This document shows, piece by piece, positions 37,674 to 47,025 of a stretch of DNA of 64,000 nucleotides. The stretch covers positions 71,150 through 135,149 of the forward strand of contig JACPKL010000005.1 of assembly GCA_016187035.1 (NCBI GenBank). The letters run 5' to 3'. The position numbers and the translations under genes are program-made. How positions within the stretch are numbered: the first letter of the stretch is position 1; the number at the start of each line of letters is the position of its first letter. The notes under the pieces were generated by a model. It did not search any database. It had not been told where the DNA came from and was given only the letters and a program-made list of their open reading frames with translations. The DNA comes from Candidatus Daviesbacteria bacterium (lineage in GTDB: Bacteria; Patescibacteriota; Microgenomatia; Daviesbacterales; UBA10151).

Positions 37674-38439
37674 GCAGGAGGACACAATAGTTAGAGATTT
37701 AAGCAGAATAAAGCAGGTTCTGGATAAATTGCGCTACCCTACAGAATTAATCTGTGTTGCTGATGGGAAAGTAGATAGAACTTTTGAAAAAGCTACTAAA
37801 TTTGCTGAAAGATTTACTAATCTTAAGGTTATTGGGTATGAAACAAATAAAGGTAAAGGGTATGCAGTCCGTTTCGGAATGGCAGCGAGTAGCGGAAATA
37901 TAATTGGTTTTATAGATTCTGGAATGGATATTAATCCGAATGGTTTATCAATGCTTCTTGAGCATTTTGAATGGTATGACTCCGATATTATAATTGGTTC
38001 TAAAAGACACCCAGTTTCTAAGGTGGATTATCCTTGGCAAAGAAGAGTTTTTTCAATAGGTTATCAACTTATAGTATGGATATTATTTGGTTTACGTGTA
38101 AGAGATACCCAGGTGGGAATAAAGTTTTTTAAAAGAGAAGTGTTGGAAAAAGTACTACCACGCCTTTTAGTTAAACGCTATGCTTTTGATGTAGAAATGT
38201 TAGCTGTTGCAAATTACTTAGGGTTTAAAAGGATTTTTGAGGCGCCTATTGATATAACCCTTAGGTTTGGGGGAACCTCAACAATTACTAATCAAAGATT
38301 CGTTAGAACAGTTACAGCGATGCTTATGGATACTTTAGCAGTTTTCTATAGATTAAGAATATTAAGTTATTATTCTGATAAAAACAAAAGAAAATGGGTC
38401 TTTGATCCAGAATTAAACTTTAGGATAAATGTTGTTTGA
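37615..38439 (+). CDS. GT2 glycosyltransferase, DPM1/ALG5-like polyprenyl-phosphate sugar synthase.
   Basis: VSIIVPAYKQEDTIVRDL..ELICVADGKVDRTFEKA..NKGKGYAVRFGMAASSGNIIGFIDSGMD..RDTQVGIKFFKREVL..YAFDVEMLAVA. The start (37615, or 37597) overlaps the flippase 3' end by at least 59 nt. Confidence 0.65.
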   Translation: MEKTSTKEVKSVSIIVPAYKQEDTIVRDLSRIKQVLDKLRYPTELICVADGKVDRTFEKATKFAERFTNLKVIGYETNKGKGYAVRFGMAASSGNIIGFIDSGMDINPNGLSMLLEHFEWYDSDIIIGSKRHPVSKVDYPWQRRVFSIGYQLIVWILFGLRVRDTQVGIKFFKREVLEKVLPRLLVKRYAFDVEMLAVANYLGFKRIFEAPIDITLRFGGTSTITNQRFVRTVTAMLMDTLAVFYRLRILSYYSDKNKRKWVFDPELNFRINVV

Positions 38440-38447
38440 ATTATCTT

Positions 38448-39572
38448 ATGAATATTTTAATTTTTTCTTGGAGAGGTCCTGGGCATCCTCATGCAGGTGG
38501 AGCTGAGAAATCAACTCATGAACATGCTAAGGGTTGGGTGAAGGCGGGGTATAGTGTTACCCTTTTTACATCAGATTATGCCGGCTGCAAGCCTGAAGAA
38601 GTTATTGATGGTGTGAGAATAATAAGAAATGGTACGCAAATACTTGGTGTGCATTTAAAAGCCTTTTTATGGTTTATAAGCAATAATCAAGATAAATTTG
38701 ATTTGGTTGTTGATCAATTCCATGGTATTCCTTTTTTTACTCCTCTTTATGTAAGAGTTAAAAAACTTGCATTCATACATGAGCTAACCAAAGAAGTATG
38801 GCGTTTGAATGCTCTTCCTAAACCGATTAATCTAATTCCAGCTGTATTAGGTACTATTCTTGAGCCTTATGTCTTTAAATTTTTCTATAGAAACATACCT
38901 TTTATGACAGGATCAGATTCGACAAAAGAAGAATTGATTAATTGGGGAATACCAAGAAATAATATTTCAGTTGTTCACCATGGATTAGAACAACCTCCGT
39001 TTAAAAAGATACCTCCTAAAGAAAGAAAGAAAACTTTAATCTTTTTGGGAGCATTGGCAAAAGATAAAGGAATAGAGGAGGCCATAAAAGTATTCTCACT
39101 GGTTAACGCCAGAGGTGGAAAGTTCAAATTTTGGATAGCTGGAAAGGGAGAAAAGAATTATACAAGTTATTTAAAAACAATGGCAGAAAAAAATGGATTA
39201 AAACAAAACATAGTATTCTGGGGATATGTTAGTGAAAATCAAAAATATCAATTACTTGCAAAATCCCATCTTTTAGTTAATACATCATTTAGAGAAGGAT
39301 GGGGACTCGTTGTACTTGAGGCGGCATCGGTAGGTACTCCTACCGTAGGGTTTGACGTGCCTGGTTTGAGAGATTCTATTATTGATGGGAAAACCGGAGT
39401 ACTCTCATCAAGGGATCCAAATGAGGCATCCAGCAAAATACTAGGCATTTTGAAAGACAATCAAAGATATAACTTATTGAGAAAAAATGGGATAGAATGG
39501 GCAAAGAAATTTACCTGGAAAAAGTCGTCTACTTTAAGTCTCAAATTAATAGAAAAAATAGTAAAGATTTGA
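38448..39572 (+). CDS. GT4 (group 1) glycosyltransferase.
   Basis: MNILIFSWRGPGHPHAGGAE N-terminus (the TTG at 38436 in a TTGA overlap is an alternative start). EX7E region REGWGLVVLEAASVGTPTVGF. Confidence 0.7.
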   Translation: MNILIFSWRGPGHPHAGGAEKSTHEHAKGWVKAGYSVTLFTSDYAGCKPEEVIDGVRIIRNGTQILGVHLKAFLWFISNNQDKFDLVVDQFHGIPFFTPLYVRVKKLAFIHELTKEVWRLNALPKPINLIPAVLGTILEPYVFKFFYRNIPFMTGSDSTKEELINWGIPRNNISVVHHGLEQPPFKKIPPKERKKTLIFLGALAKDKGIEEAIKVFSLVNARGGKFKFWIAGKGEKNYTSYLKTMAEKNGLKQNIVFWGYVSENQKYQLLAKSHLLVNTSFREGWGLVVLEAASVGTPTVGFDVPGLRDSIIDGKTGVLSSRDPNEASSKILGILKDNQRYNLLRKNGIEWAKKFTWKKSSTLSLKLIEKIVKI

Positions 39573-39584
39573 TATAGTGCCAAA

Positions 39585-40652
39585 ATGGGTAAATATAAAA
39601 AGACAGCTTTAATTACTGGGTCTGCTGGGTTAATAGGTTCTGCTTCTGTAAGATTTTTCTCTGAAAAGGGTTTTAAAATCCTGGGGATTGATAATGATTC
39701 GAGGAAATATTTTTTTGGACCTTCAGCCTCAACAGCTTGGAATAAAAGAAAGCTTCTGAAGGAGGTTGATAATTATACTCATTTTAACGTTGATGTAAGG
39801 AATCAAAAGAAAATAGATCAAATTTTCAAAGATAATGAAATAGATTTAATTATTCATACCGCTGCGCAACCTTCACATGATTGGGCAGCCAAAGAACCTT
39901 CGACTGATTTTACAATTAATGCTTTTGGCACATTAATTTTACTTGAAGCATATAGACGTTTTGCACCAAATGCTGTTTTTATTTTTACTTCAACAAATAA
40001 AGTGTATGGTGATAATCCTAATAAGCTTCCTGTGAAAGAATTATCAACCAGATATGAATTGCCATTAAATCATAGATTGTATAATGGGATTGATGAAACA
40101 ATGAGCTTAGATAATACTACCCACAGTATTTTTGGAGTATCAAAGACCTCAGCAGATTTGATGGTTCAAGAGTATGGTAGATATTTTAATTTAAGAACGG
40201 GTATTTTTAGAGGAGGGTGTTTGACAGGTCCTGCTCATTCTTCAGCTCAACTTCATGGATTTTTGGCTTATCTTGTATTATCAATTGCTAATGGAGTTGA
40301 GTACACTATTTTTGGTTATAAAGGTAAGCAGGTTAGAGATAATATTCATTCTTATGATGTAGCTAATGCTTTTTATCACTTCTATCAAAAACCAAAAAAA
40401 GGTGAAGTTTATAATCTGGGTGGTTCAAGATATTCGAACACCTCTGTTATAGAAGCAATAGAAAAAATCGAAAAAGTTTTAGGTAAAAAGGCTAAGATTA
40501 AGTTTAATTCGCAAAACAGGATAGGAGATCATATTTGGTATATATCAGATGTTTCTAAATTTAAAAAACATTATCCGGATTGGGAATATACATATAATCT
40601 AGATCAAATTTTGTGGGAACTTTGTAAATTTGTCACACAACACAAAAAATGA
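39585..40652 (+). CDS. Extended SDR, NAD-dependent epimerase/dehydratase family (CDP-paratose/tyvelose 2-epimerase-like), with Phe at the canonical catalytic Tyr position.
   Basis: Rossmann motif [12 protein letters not shown]; STNKVYGD; the expected YxxxK reads HSIFGVSK (F183 = TTT at 40131-40133); [14 protein letters not shown]. Confidence 0.6.
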   Translation: MGKYKKTALITGSAGLIGSASVRFFSEKGFKILGIDNDSRKYFFGPSASTAWNKRKLLKEVDNYTHFNVDVRNQKKIDQIFKDNEIDLIIHTAAQPSHDWAAKEPSTDFTINAFGTLILLEAYRRFAPNAVFIFTSTNKVYGDNPNKLPVKELSTRYELPLNHRLYNGIDETMSLDNTTHSIFGVSKTSADLMVQEYGRYFNLRTGIFRGGCLTGPAHSSAQLHGFLAYLVLSIANGVEYTIFGYKGKQVRDNIHSYDVANAFYHFYQKPKKGEVYNLGGSRYSNTSVIEAIEKIEKVLGKKAKIKFNSQNRIGDHIWYISDVSKFKKHYPDWEYTYNLDQILWELCKFVTQHKK

Positions 40653-41773
40653 CTCATAAAAAATATAGAAAAATATTAGTAACTGGAGGAGCTGGATTTA
40701 TAGGATCCTTCTTAGTTGATGAATTAGTGAAACTAGGTTATCAGGTTAGGATTTTAGATAATCTGGAAGATCAGGTTCATCAGGGTAAAAAACCTAAATA
40801 TTTAAATAGGAATGCGGAATTTATCAAAGGAGATGTTAGAAAAATTTCAGATTTAAAAAGATCAATTGATAGGGTAGATGCAGTTTTTCATCTTGCTGCA
40901 GCAGTTGGAGTAGGGCAGTCTAATTACCAGATAAAAAAATATGTTGATACAAATATCGGAGGTACAGTTAATCTTTTAGAGTTACTCATAAATACTCAAC
41001 ATCAAATAAAGAAATTGATAACAATCTCAAGTATGACAGGATATGGCGAAGGTAATTATTTTTGTAAAAAAGATAATATAGTAAGACCTCCACTGAGAGA
41101 GGAAAAACGATTACGAGAAAAAGATTGGAATCTTTACTGTCCAAAATGCAACGGGGAAGTTACTCCTTTTCCAACCGATGAAACTGCACTGGATTTTCCT
41201 AATAGCATCTATGGTCTTTCTAAAAAAAACCAGCAAGACATGGTTTTTTTAATAGGCAAACTTTACAATATTCCCACAACAGTCCTTAGGGGATTTAATA
41301 TTTATGGCCCAAGGCAAAGTCTTTCTAATCCATATACAGGAGTGACAGCAATCTTTATTAGCAGGTTGAAAAATGATAAGCCGGCAGTAATTTTTGAAGA
41401 CGGCTTGCAGACTAGAGATTTTGTGTCTGTACACGATGTGATAAACGCATTTATATTGGCATTGGAAGAAGACAAAGCGAACTATCAATTATTTAATATT
41501 GGTTCAGGGAAAGGGACAACCATATTGGAAATAGCGCAAACCATTTCTAGTTTGCTTGAAAAAAAAGATTTAATAGATATTAATCAGGATTTCAGAAAGA
41601 ATGATATCAGACACTGTTTCGCTGATATTTCTAAGGTGGAGAGATTATTGGATTGGAAGCCCAAAATTAGTTTAGAAAAAGGTCTCAAAGAGTTAATTGA
41701 ATGGAGTGGAAACGAAGTTGCAGAAGATAAATTTTCCAAAGCCCAGCAACAATTAAAATCTTATGGATTATAG
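40649..41773 (+). CDS. Extended SDR, NAD-dependent epimerase/dehydratase, with a ~35-aa Cys-containing insertion between the catalytic Ser and YxxxK.
   Basis: ATGA overlap. Motifs [20 protein letters not shown] and [11 protein letters not shown]. The insertion reads [44 protein letters not shown]. Confidence 0.65.
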   Translation: MTHKKYRKILVTGGAGFIGSFLVDELVKLGYQVRILDNLEDQVHQGKKPKYLNRNAEFIKGDVRKISDLKRSIDRVDAVFHLAAAVGVGQSNYQIKKYVDTNIGGTVNLLELLINTQHQIKKLITISSMTGYGEGNYFCKKDNIVRPPLREEKRLREKDWNLYCPKCNGEVTPFPTDETALDFPNSIYGLSKKNQQDMVFLIGKLYNIPTTVLRGFNIYGPRQSLSNPYTGVTAIFISRLKNDKPAVIFEDGLQTRDFVSVHDVINAFILALEEDKANYQLFNIGSGKGTTILEIAQTISSLLEKKDLIDINQDFRKNDIRHCFADISKVERLLDWKPKISLEKGLKELIEWSGNEVAEDKFSKAQQQLKSYGL

Positions 41774-42543
41774 CAGCCGAATGCTGCTTTCAGTTGAGAA
41801 AGTAAGAAATTTAAATTCCCCTTTAGTAAGCTTATTTTAGTATGCACTTTGCCCTTTGCATATTTTCTTGAAACTGGTATCTCTTTAGTTTTTAAACCTA
41901 ACTGATTGGCTCTTACAGTAAGATACATATTAAGTTCATAATTTATGAAAATGTCCCTAAATGGTTGAACTTTTGGATGAGTCAAGTATTTCTTACTGTA
42001 CCCCCTGAATCCATTAGTAACATCAGTGTAATTATATCCTGCTCCTAAACTTAAAATAGGAGAAGCCAGTAATCTCACTGCAAGATAACGCAAAATAGGA
42101 GTATTTACAGCTTCACCGCCTTCTATAAATCTAGAACCTTGAATATAATCAAAACCATCATCCAGAGTCTTGATGAAGTTAGGAACTGCTTCTATGCCAT
42201 CTTTATTATTGCCATCGATTTGAATTATTCCTTTGTACCCCTCTTTTAACGCATAAGAAAAAGCAATTCTCAATTGACTGCCTTGTCTGCCGGAATCTTT
42301 CAAAGTAATAAGGCTTCTAATTTTCATTTTCTGTAAATATTTAGGATCTGTTGATCCATCAGTGCTCCCCCAATCAGCAATAATGATATCTATAAATTTT
42401 GAATAGGGTTTAAGTATTTCCAGTTGTTTTTTTATCTTTTCTCCCTCATTCAAAACAGGAATGCAAATACAGTATTTACTATTTTTTTTTCTGAATTCCT
42501 TGATATTAAATTGGGGTAATTGCCACTTTTTGTCCTTAAGCAT
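41761..42543 (-). CDS. GT2 glycosyltransferase, DPM1/GtrB-like (possible polyprenyl-phosphate sugar synthase).
   Basis: CICIPVLNEGEKIKKQLE..IIIADWGSTDGSTD..IQIDGNNKDG..GSRF..TNGFRGYSKKYL. The 3' end overlaps the convergent SDR gene by 13 nt. Confidence 0.5.
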   Translation of the reverse strand: MLKDKKWQLPQFNIKEFRKKNSKYCICIPVLNEGEKIKKQLEILKPYSKFIDIIIADWGSTDGSTDPKYLQKMKIRSLITLKDSGRQGSQLRIAFSYALKEGYKGIIQIDGNNKDGIEAVPNFIKTLDDGFDYIQGSRFIEGGEAVNTPILRYLAVRLLASPILSLGAGYNYTDVTNGFRGYSKKYLTHPKVQPFRDIFINYELNMYLTVRANQLGLKTKEIPVSRKYAKGKVHTKISLLKGNLNFLLSQLKAAFGCYNP

Positions 42544-42550
42544 AATTAAT

Positions 42551-42560
42551 ATGTTATTAT
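42551..42560. promoter_or_regulatory. Putative divergent promoter elements in the 25-bp gap between 42543(-) and 42569(+).
   Basis: Plus strand: extended -10 TGtTATTAT (42552-60), 8 nt, ATG 42569. Minus strand: TAACAT (complement of 42551-56), 7 nt, ATG 42543. No SD. Confidence 0.25.
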
Positions 42561-42568
42561 TTTAAATC

Positions 42569-43399
42569 ATGAACAGAAAATGCCCAGTATCTATAATCAT
42601 CACCACAAAGAATGAAGCTGGTGCGATTGGCATTTTACTTAGTAGTATAAACAAACAATCATACAAAAATATAGAGGTTATTTTAATAGATAATAGTTCA
42701 TACGATGGCACTCTAGAAATTGCCAGACAATTTCTAAATGTAAAAATTTACTCTTTGGGTCCTGAAAGATCAGCACAGAGAAATTTAGGTGCTAGAAAAA
42801 GTAAAGGTAAGTATCTGCTTTTTTTAGATGCCGATATGGAGCTTACCTCTGATGTTATAAAAGATTGTGTTGAGGTTGCAGAAAAAGAAAACTTGAGTGG
42901 AGTAGTTATTCCCGAGCAGTCAGTAGCGATAAATTTTTGGGGTAAAGTTAAAGCATTTGAACGATCGTTCTACAGCGAAAAAGGAGATCCAGTTACTGAT
43001 GCAGCAAGATTTTTTTTACGACAAGTTTTCTTTAAAGTAGGAGGTTACGATGAAAGTATCACGGGTCCTGAAGATTGGGATTTACCTGATAGGATTAGAG
43101 AAAGAGGTTTTAAAATTGGAAGAAGCTCAGAAAAGATATACCATCACGAACAAGATATTTCATTAATAATTTTATTTAAAAAAAAATTCTATTACGGTCT
43201 TAATGCTCATAAGTATTTAACTAAACATAATATTCCAGTTTTTAGTCCAAAAACTATTTATTTTTTAAGGCCCCTTTTTTATAAAAGTTGGGTTAGGTTA
43301 TTAAAACATCCAATTTTATCATTAGCAATGATATGGATGCTGCTTCTTGAGTTAGTTGGAGGAGGATTGGGTTACATAGCAGGAAGGATCAAAGAGTGA
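42569..43399 (+). CDS. GT2 glycosyltransferase with a C-terminal membrane anchor.
   Basis: VSIIITTKNEAGAIGILLSSINKQSYKNIEVILIDNSSYDGTLEIA, DxD motif LDADME, and C-terminal hydrophobic LSLAMIWMLLLELVGGGLGYIAG. Confidence 0.7.
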   Translation: MNRKCPVSIIITTKNEAGAIGILLSSINKQSYKNIEVILIDNSSYDGTLEIARQFLNVKIYSLGPERSAQRNLGARKSKGKYLLFLDADMELTSDVIKDCVEVAEKENLSGVVIPEQSVAINFWGKVKAFERSFYSEKGDPVTDAARFFLRQVFFKVGGYDESITGPEDWDLPDRIRERGFKIGRSSEKIYHHEQDISLIILFKKKFYYGLNAHKYLTKHNIPVFSPKTIYFLRPLFYKSWVRLLKHPILSLAMIWMLLLELVGGGLGYIAGRIKE

Positions 43400-44514
43400 A
43401 AGTACTGCAACTGACAGTTCATTTATTTCCAAATATTGGTGGCGTAGAAACTCATTTAAATGATTTATTCATCGCATTAATTAAAAGAGGTTGGAAAGTT
43501 GTAGTTTTGACTTATCAGCCACTTTCTACAAATACTGATTGGAAAGTAGTGGAAAAAAACGGAGAGCTCACTATTTTAAGAATGCCATGGTTAAGAGGTT
43601 TTTTTGAAAAACTAGTTCATCACCCGGTGATAGAATTTATATATCTTGTTCCAGGATTATTTTTGATTACCCCATTTTTAATAATTTTTTATCGACCAAA
43701 TGTGATACATGCACACGGAATCTCAGCCGCAGTTTCAGCTGTTTGCTGGGGTAATATTTTTAGAATTAGAACAGTTGTTTCTTTGCATAGTTTATATAGT
43801 TTTCCCAAAAGCGGAATGTATCATGACTTTGTCCAATTTTTACTTAAAAAAAGCGATTTTGTATTAAGTTTATCCAAAAAATCCAATCAGGAAGTACGAC
43901 TTTTGGGTATAGACGATAAAAAAACTGCCGTCTTTACTTATTGGATAAATTTGCAAAGATTTAAGTATACTCCTGATGCCAAGAAAAAATTGGGCTGGGA
44001 AAGAAAATTCATAGTTTTGTTTGTAGGTAGATTAATTGAAGAAAAAGGAATAAAACCTTTAGTAGAAGCTGCTTACCTTTGGAATAACAAAATTAATTTG
44101 GTTGTTATTGGGAGTGGATCTATGGAAGAGTATGTTTTAAAAAAAGCAAAAGAGCGGACAAATATATTCTTTATTGGAAAAGTTAACCAAAATGATCTAC
44201 AAATCTACTATAGTGCGGCAGATTGCGTGATTGTTCCTTCAGTTTCTGAAGAGGGATTTGGTAGGGTAATTATTGAATCTCTCTCTTGTAATACACCTGT
44301 TATTGCTTCGGACAGAGGAGCCACCAGAGAAGCTATGGATGAAACCGTAGGGGAGTTTATTGATGTCAGTCCTGAAAATATAAAACAAGCTGTTGAACAG
44401 CTTTATAAAAATCCTCAAAAGCTTAAAGATTATGCAAAAAGAACCCGTAAATTTGTTGAAAGGAGATATTCTGAAAATAATGTTCAGACTATTACCGAAG
44501 CATACAAAGGATAG
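43396..44514 (+). CDS. GT4 (group 1) glycosyltransferase; paralog of 55577..56719.
   Basis: GTG start in a GTGA overlap. N-terminus FPNIGGVETHLNDLFIALIKRGWKVVVLTYQPL. EX7E region EEGFGRVIIESLSCNTPVIAS. Confidence 0.7.
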   Translation: MKVLQLTVHLFPNIGGVETHLNDLFIALIKRGWKVVVLTYQPLSTNTDWKVVEKNGELTILRMPWLRGFFEKLVHHPVIEFIYLVPGLFLITPFLIIFYRPNVIHAHGISAAVSAVCWGNIFRIRTVVSLHSLYSFPKSGMYHDFVQFLLKKSDFVLSLSKKSNQEVRLLGIDDKKTAVFTYWINLQRFKYTPDAKKKLGWERKFIVLFVGRLIEEKGIKPLVEAAYLWNNKINLVVIGSGSMEEYVLKKAKERTNIFFIGKVNQNDLQIYYSAADCVIVPSVSEEGFGRVIIESLSCNTPVIASDRGATREAMDETVGEFIDVSPENIKQAVEQLYKNPQKLKDYAKRTRKFVERRYSENNVQTITEAYKG

Positions 44515-45328
44515 ATTAGAATCATTGCTTTCAAACGTAGGAGATATGTCTCTGAAAAGAAGAGCTAGGAAAATCATAGAAGGGACCAATCCGCAAAAGG
44601 GAGAAAGAATTGTTGATTTAGGTTGCGGTACTGGATATTATCTTTTTCTGCTTTCAAATCTAGGAATTAAATTTGATTTAACAGGTTTTGACTATGACAA
44701 GAGGGTTATTAAAGAAGCAGAAGATCTTTTAAGTGATAAGGAAATCAGATTCAAAATAGGGGACTTACATAAAATACCCTTCAAAAATTATGAATTTGAT
44801 AAAGCAGTAATGTCGGAAGTTTTGGAGCATGTTGAGAATGATAAAAAAGTATTACAGGAGATTTACAAAATATTAAAACCAAACGGAATTCTAGTAATTT
44901 CAGTCCCGAGTATAAGCTATCCGTTTCTATGGGATCCAATTAATTATATCTTGCAGCATTTTTTTAATACACATATCAAAAGCGGCTTTTTATCAGGTCT
45001 TTGGAGCGGACATTTAAGATTGTATGATAAGTTGGATCTTAAGAATAAGTTTGAGGAAGCTGGTTTTAAAATAGAAAAGATTGAAGAATTGACTTTTTGG
45101 TGTTTACCCTTTAATCATTATTTAGTAAATATAGTGGCTCGTCTGCTTTATGATGTTAAAATTTCCCCTAGGATTGCGGATAATTTATCAAAATTTAAAA
45201 ATACAAAAAAACCGCTTCTTATAAATCTTGCCTTTAAAATAGTAAACAGCATTGATAAACTTAATGAAATTTTTCCACAAAAACATGGTGTTAATATTTT
45301 TATTAAAGCGAGAAAAGTTCAAAAATGA
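44480..45328 (+). CDS. Class I SAM-dependent methyltransferase.
   Basis: Motif I VDLGCGTGYY; SEVLEHVEND; KPNGILVISVP. The start is uncertain (44480, 44546 or 44393). Confidence 0.65.
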   Translation: MFRLLPKHTKDRLESLLSNVGDMSLKRRARKIIEGTNPQKGERIVDLGCGTGYYLFLLSNLGIKFDLTGFDYDKRVIKEAEDLLSDKEIRFKIGDLHKIPFKNYEFDKAVMSEVLEHVENDKKVLQEIYKILKPNGILVISVPSISYPFLWDPINYILQHFFNTHIKSGFLSGLWSGHLRLYDKLDLKNKFEEAGFKIEKIEELTFWCLPFNHYLVNIVARLLYDVKISPRIADNLSKFKNTKKPLLINLAFKIVNSIDKLNEIFPQKHGVNIFIKARKVQK

Positions 45329-45357
45329 TTGACTAATTTTCTAGTTTAAAGTATTCT
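45329..45357 (+). promoter_or_regulatory. Putative sigma70-type promoter with leaderless geometry for 45365.
   Basis: TTGACT (45329-34), 17 nt, TATTCT (45352-57), 7 nt, ATG 45365. No SD. Confidence 0.3.
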
Positions 45358-45364
45358 TTGTCAG

Positions 45365-46393
45365 ATGAAGGAAGTGAAAAAAAATTTGAATTTCGCACTA
45401 ATTGGAGTAGGTTATTGGGGTCCAAACTACGCAAGAATTTTATCTGAGTTAGATGATATATATCTTTCCTGGTGTTGTGATCCAAATAAACAGGCACTTT
45501 CAAGGATGAAAAGACTTTATCCTACTATAAAAATAACTGAAAAACTGCAGGATATATTAAAAGATCAAGATGTTGATTGCGTGATAGTGGTAACTCCTGC
45601 TCAGACACACTACAAAATTGTTAAAAAAGCTCTGGAAAATAATAAACATGTCTTGGTAGAGAAACCTCTGACAGTGACTGTAAAAGATGCCAAGGAACTT
45701 GTTTCCCTTTCAAAAAAGCAAAAGAAGGTTTTGGCAGTTGATCATACTTTTAAACTAAATTCAGGAATCAAAAAATTAAAAGAAATTATAGATTCAGGAG
45801 AATTAGGGAAGATTTATTATATGTATGGGCTTTACAACGCTTTGGGACCAATCCGAAAGGACGTTTCTGCTATGTGGGATTTATCACCGCATTTTATTTA
45901 TACCGCAAACTACCTTTTGAATTCCAAACCGACATCTGTTTTGGCAAGAGGCAGAGATTTGTTAATTAAAGGAATGGATGATGTAGTTTTTATGACCTTT
46001 GAATATGAAAATGGTGTGCTTTTTAACCTGCATTCATCCTGGCTGGATCCGCTTAAAGTGAGAGAGTTAGTAGTCATCGGCTCAAATAAAATGGCTGTAT
46101 TTAATGATGTATCTCAAGATGCTAAACTTCAAATTTTTGACAAATCAGTAGTAGTAGACGGTGATCCAAATTTTGCCAAATTAAATGTAATTTTAAGAAT
46201 AGGAGATATGATTGTTCCAAAACTGGAAAACAAAGAGCCTTTAAAAGAGGTGGTTGTAGATTTTATAAAAAGTGTCAAAGATGGCAGTGAACCATTCTCT
46301 TCTGGAAAAGAAGGTTTGGAAATAGTTATGATTCTTTCTGCAGCCCAACAGTCTCTGAGGAGTAAAAAAGAGGTTTTATGCAAACTAAAATAA
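45365..46393 (+). CDS. Gfo/Idh/MocA-family NAD-dependent sugar oxidoreductase (WbpB/GnnA-like nucleotide-sugar 3-dehydrogenase).
   Basis: N-terminal Rossmann ALIGVGYWGPNYARIL, the VEKPLT motif, and genomic context with an aminotransferase and an acetyltransferase. Confidence 0.65.
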   Translation: MKEVKKNLNFALIGVGYWGPNYARILSELDDIYLSWCCDPNKQALSRMKRLYPTIKITEKLQDILKDQDVDCVIVVTPAQTHYKIVKKALENNKHVLVEKPLTVTVKDAKELVSLSKKQKKVLAVDHTFKLNSGIKKLKEIIDSGELGKIYYMYGLYNALGPIRKDVSAMWDLSPHFIYTANYLLNSKPTSVLARGRDLLIKGMDDVVFMTFEYENGVLFNLHSSWLDPLKVRELVVIGSNKMAVFNDVSQDAKLQIFDKSVVVDGDPNFAKLNVILRIGDMIVPKLENKEPLKEVVVDFIKSVKDGSEPFSSGKEGLEIVMILSAAQQSLRSKKEVLCKLK

Positions 46394-47022
46394 AGATATA
46401 CTCTAATGTTGATTTGGGTGAGGATAGTAGAGTTGATATGGGTGTTGTGATTGGCTTTTCGGAGAATGAAAAAGCAGAGAAAACAACTATCGGTAAAAAA
46501 GCAATATTAAGAGCCAATACATTTATTTATGCAGGAGTGGAAATAGGAGATAATTTCCAAACCGGACCTAATGTATTAGTTAGAGAAGATAATGTCATAG
46601 GAGATAATGTGGCGATTTGGCATGGTGCAACCATCAGCCCTGGTAATGTGATTGGAGATGGGTGTCGGATTCATGCCGGCAGCTTTCTGGAATTAGTCAC
46701 TCTGGGTAAAAGAGTATTTATTGGACCCGGGGTAGTATTTACAGATGATCCTCACCCGGTTAACCCTTCACCTAGAAAGCACTTTGGCGGAGCTACAGTT
46801 GATGATGAGGTTGTTATTGGAGGGCATGTTACCATCTTGCCTCATGTCAGGATAGGAAAGCATGCAATTATCGGTGCAGGTTCGGTTGTAACAAAAGATG
46901 TGCCTGCTGGAGAAGTTTGGGTTGGTAATCCGGCTAAATTTTTAAAGCTTGCACAGGAAATAAGTTGTAATATTGGAAAAGGAAAACACTTTCCTTATCA
47001 GGAATTTTGGAAGATAAAATAG
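46378..47022 (+). CDS. Left-handed beta-helix (hexapeptide-repeat) N-acetyltransferase (WbpD/WbbJ-like).
   Basis: Tandem hexapeptide repeats IGDNVAIWHGATISPGNVIGDGCRIHAGSFL..IGPGVVF..IGGHVTILPHVRIGKHAIIGAGSVV. Confidence 0.7.
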   Translation: MQTKIKIYSNVDLGEDSRVDMGVVIGFSENEKAEKTTIGKKAILRANTFIYAGVEIGDNFQTGPNVLVREDNVIGDNVAIWHGATISPGNVIGDGCRIHAGSFLELVTLGKRVFIGPGVVFTDDPHPVNPSPRKHFGGATVDDEVVIGGHVTILPHVRIGKHAIIGAGSVVTKDVPAGEVWVGNPAKFLKLAQEISCNIGKGKHFPYQEFWKIK

Positions 47023-47025
47023 ACT

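Noticed and set aside
46378-47022. Visibly GC-richer patches (the acetyltransferase and aminotransferase genes, and hddA at 62665..63642) as a possible sign of horizontal transfer.
   Set aside because: The contrast follows protein type. Soluble conserved enzymes are rich in Gly, Ala, Val and Pro. The membrane proteins are dominated by Phe, Ile, Leu, Lys and Asn, which use AT-rich codons. No flanking repeats, integrase or tRNA are present, and the codon style looks continuous.
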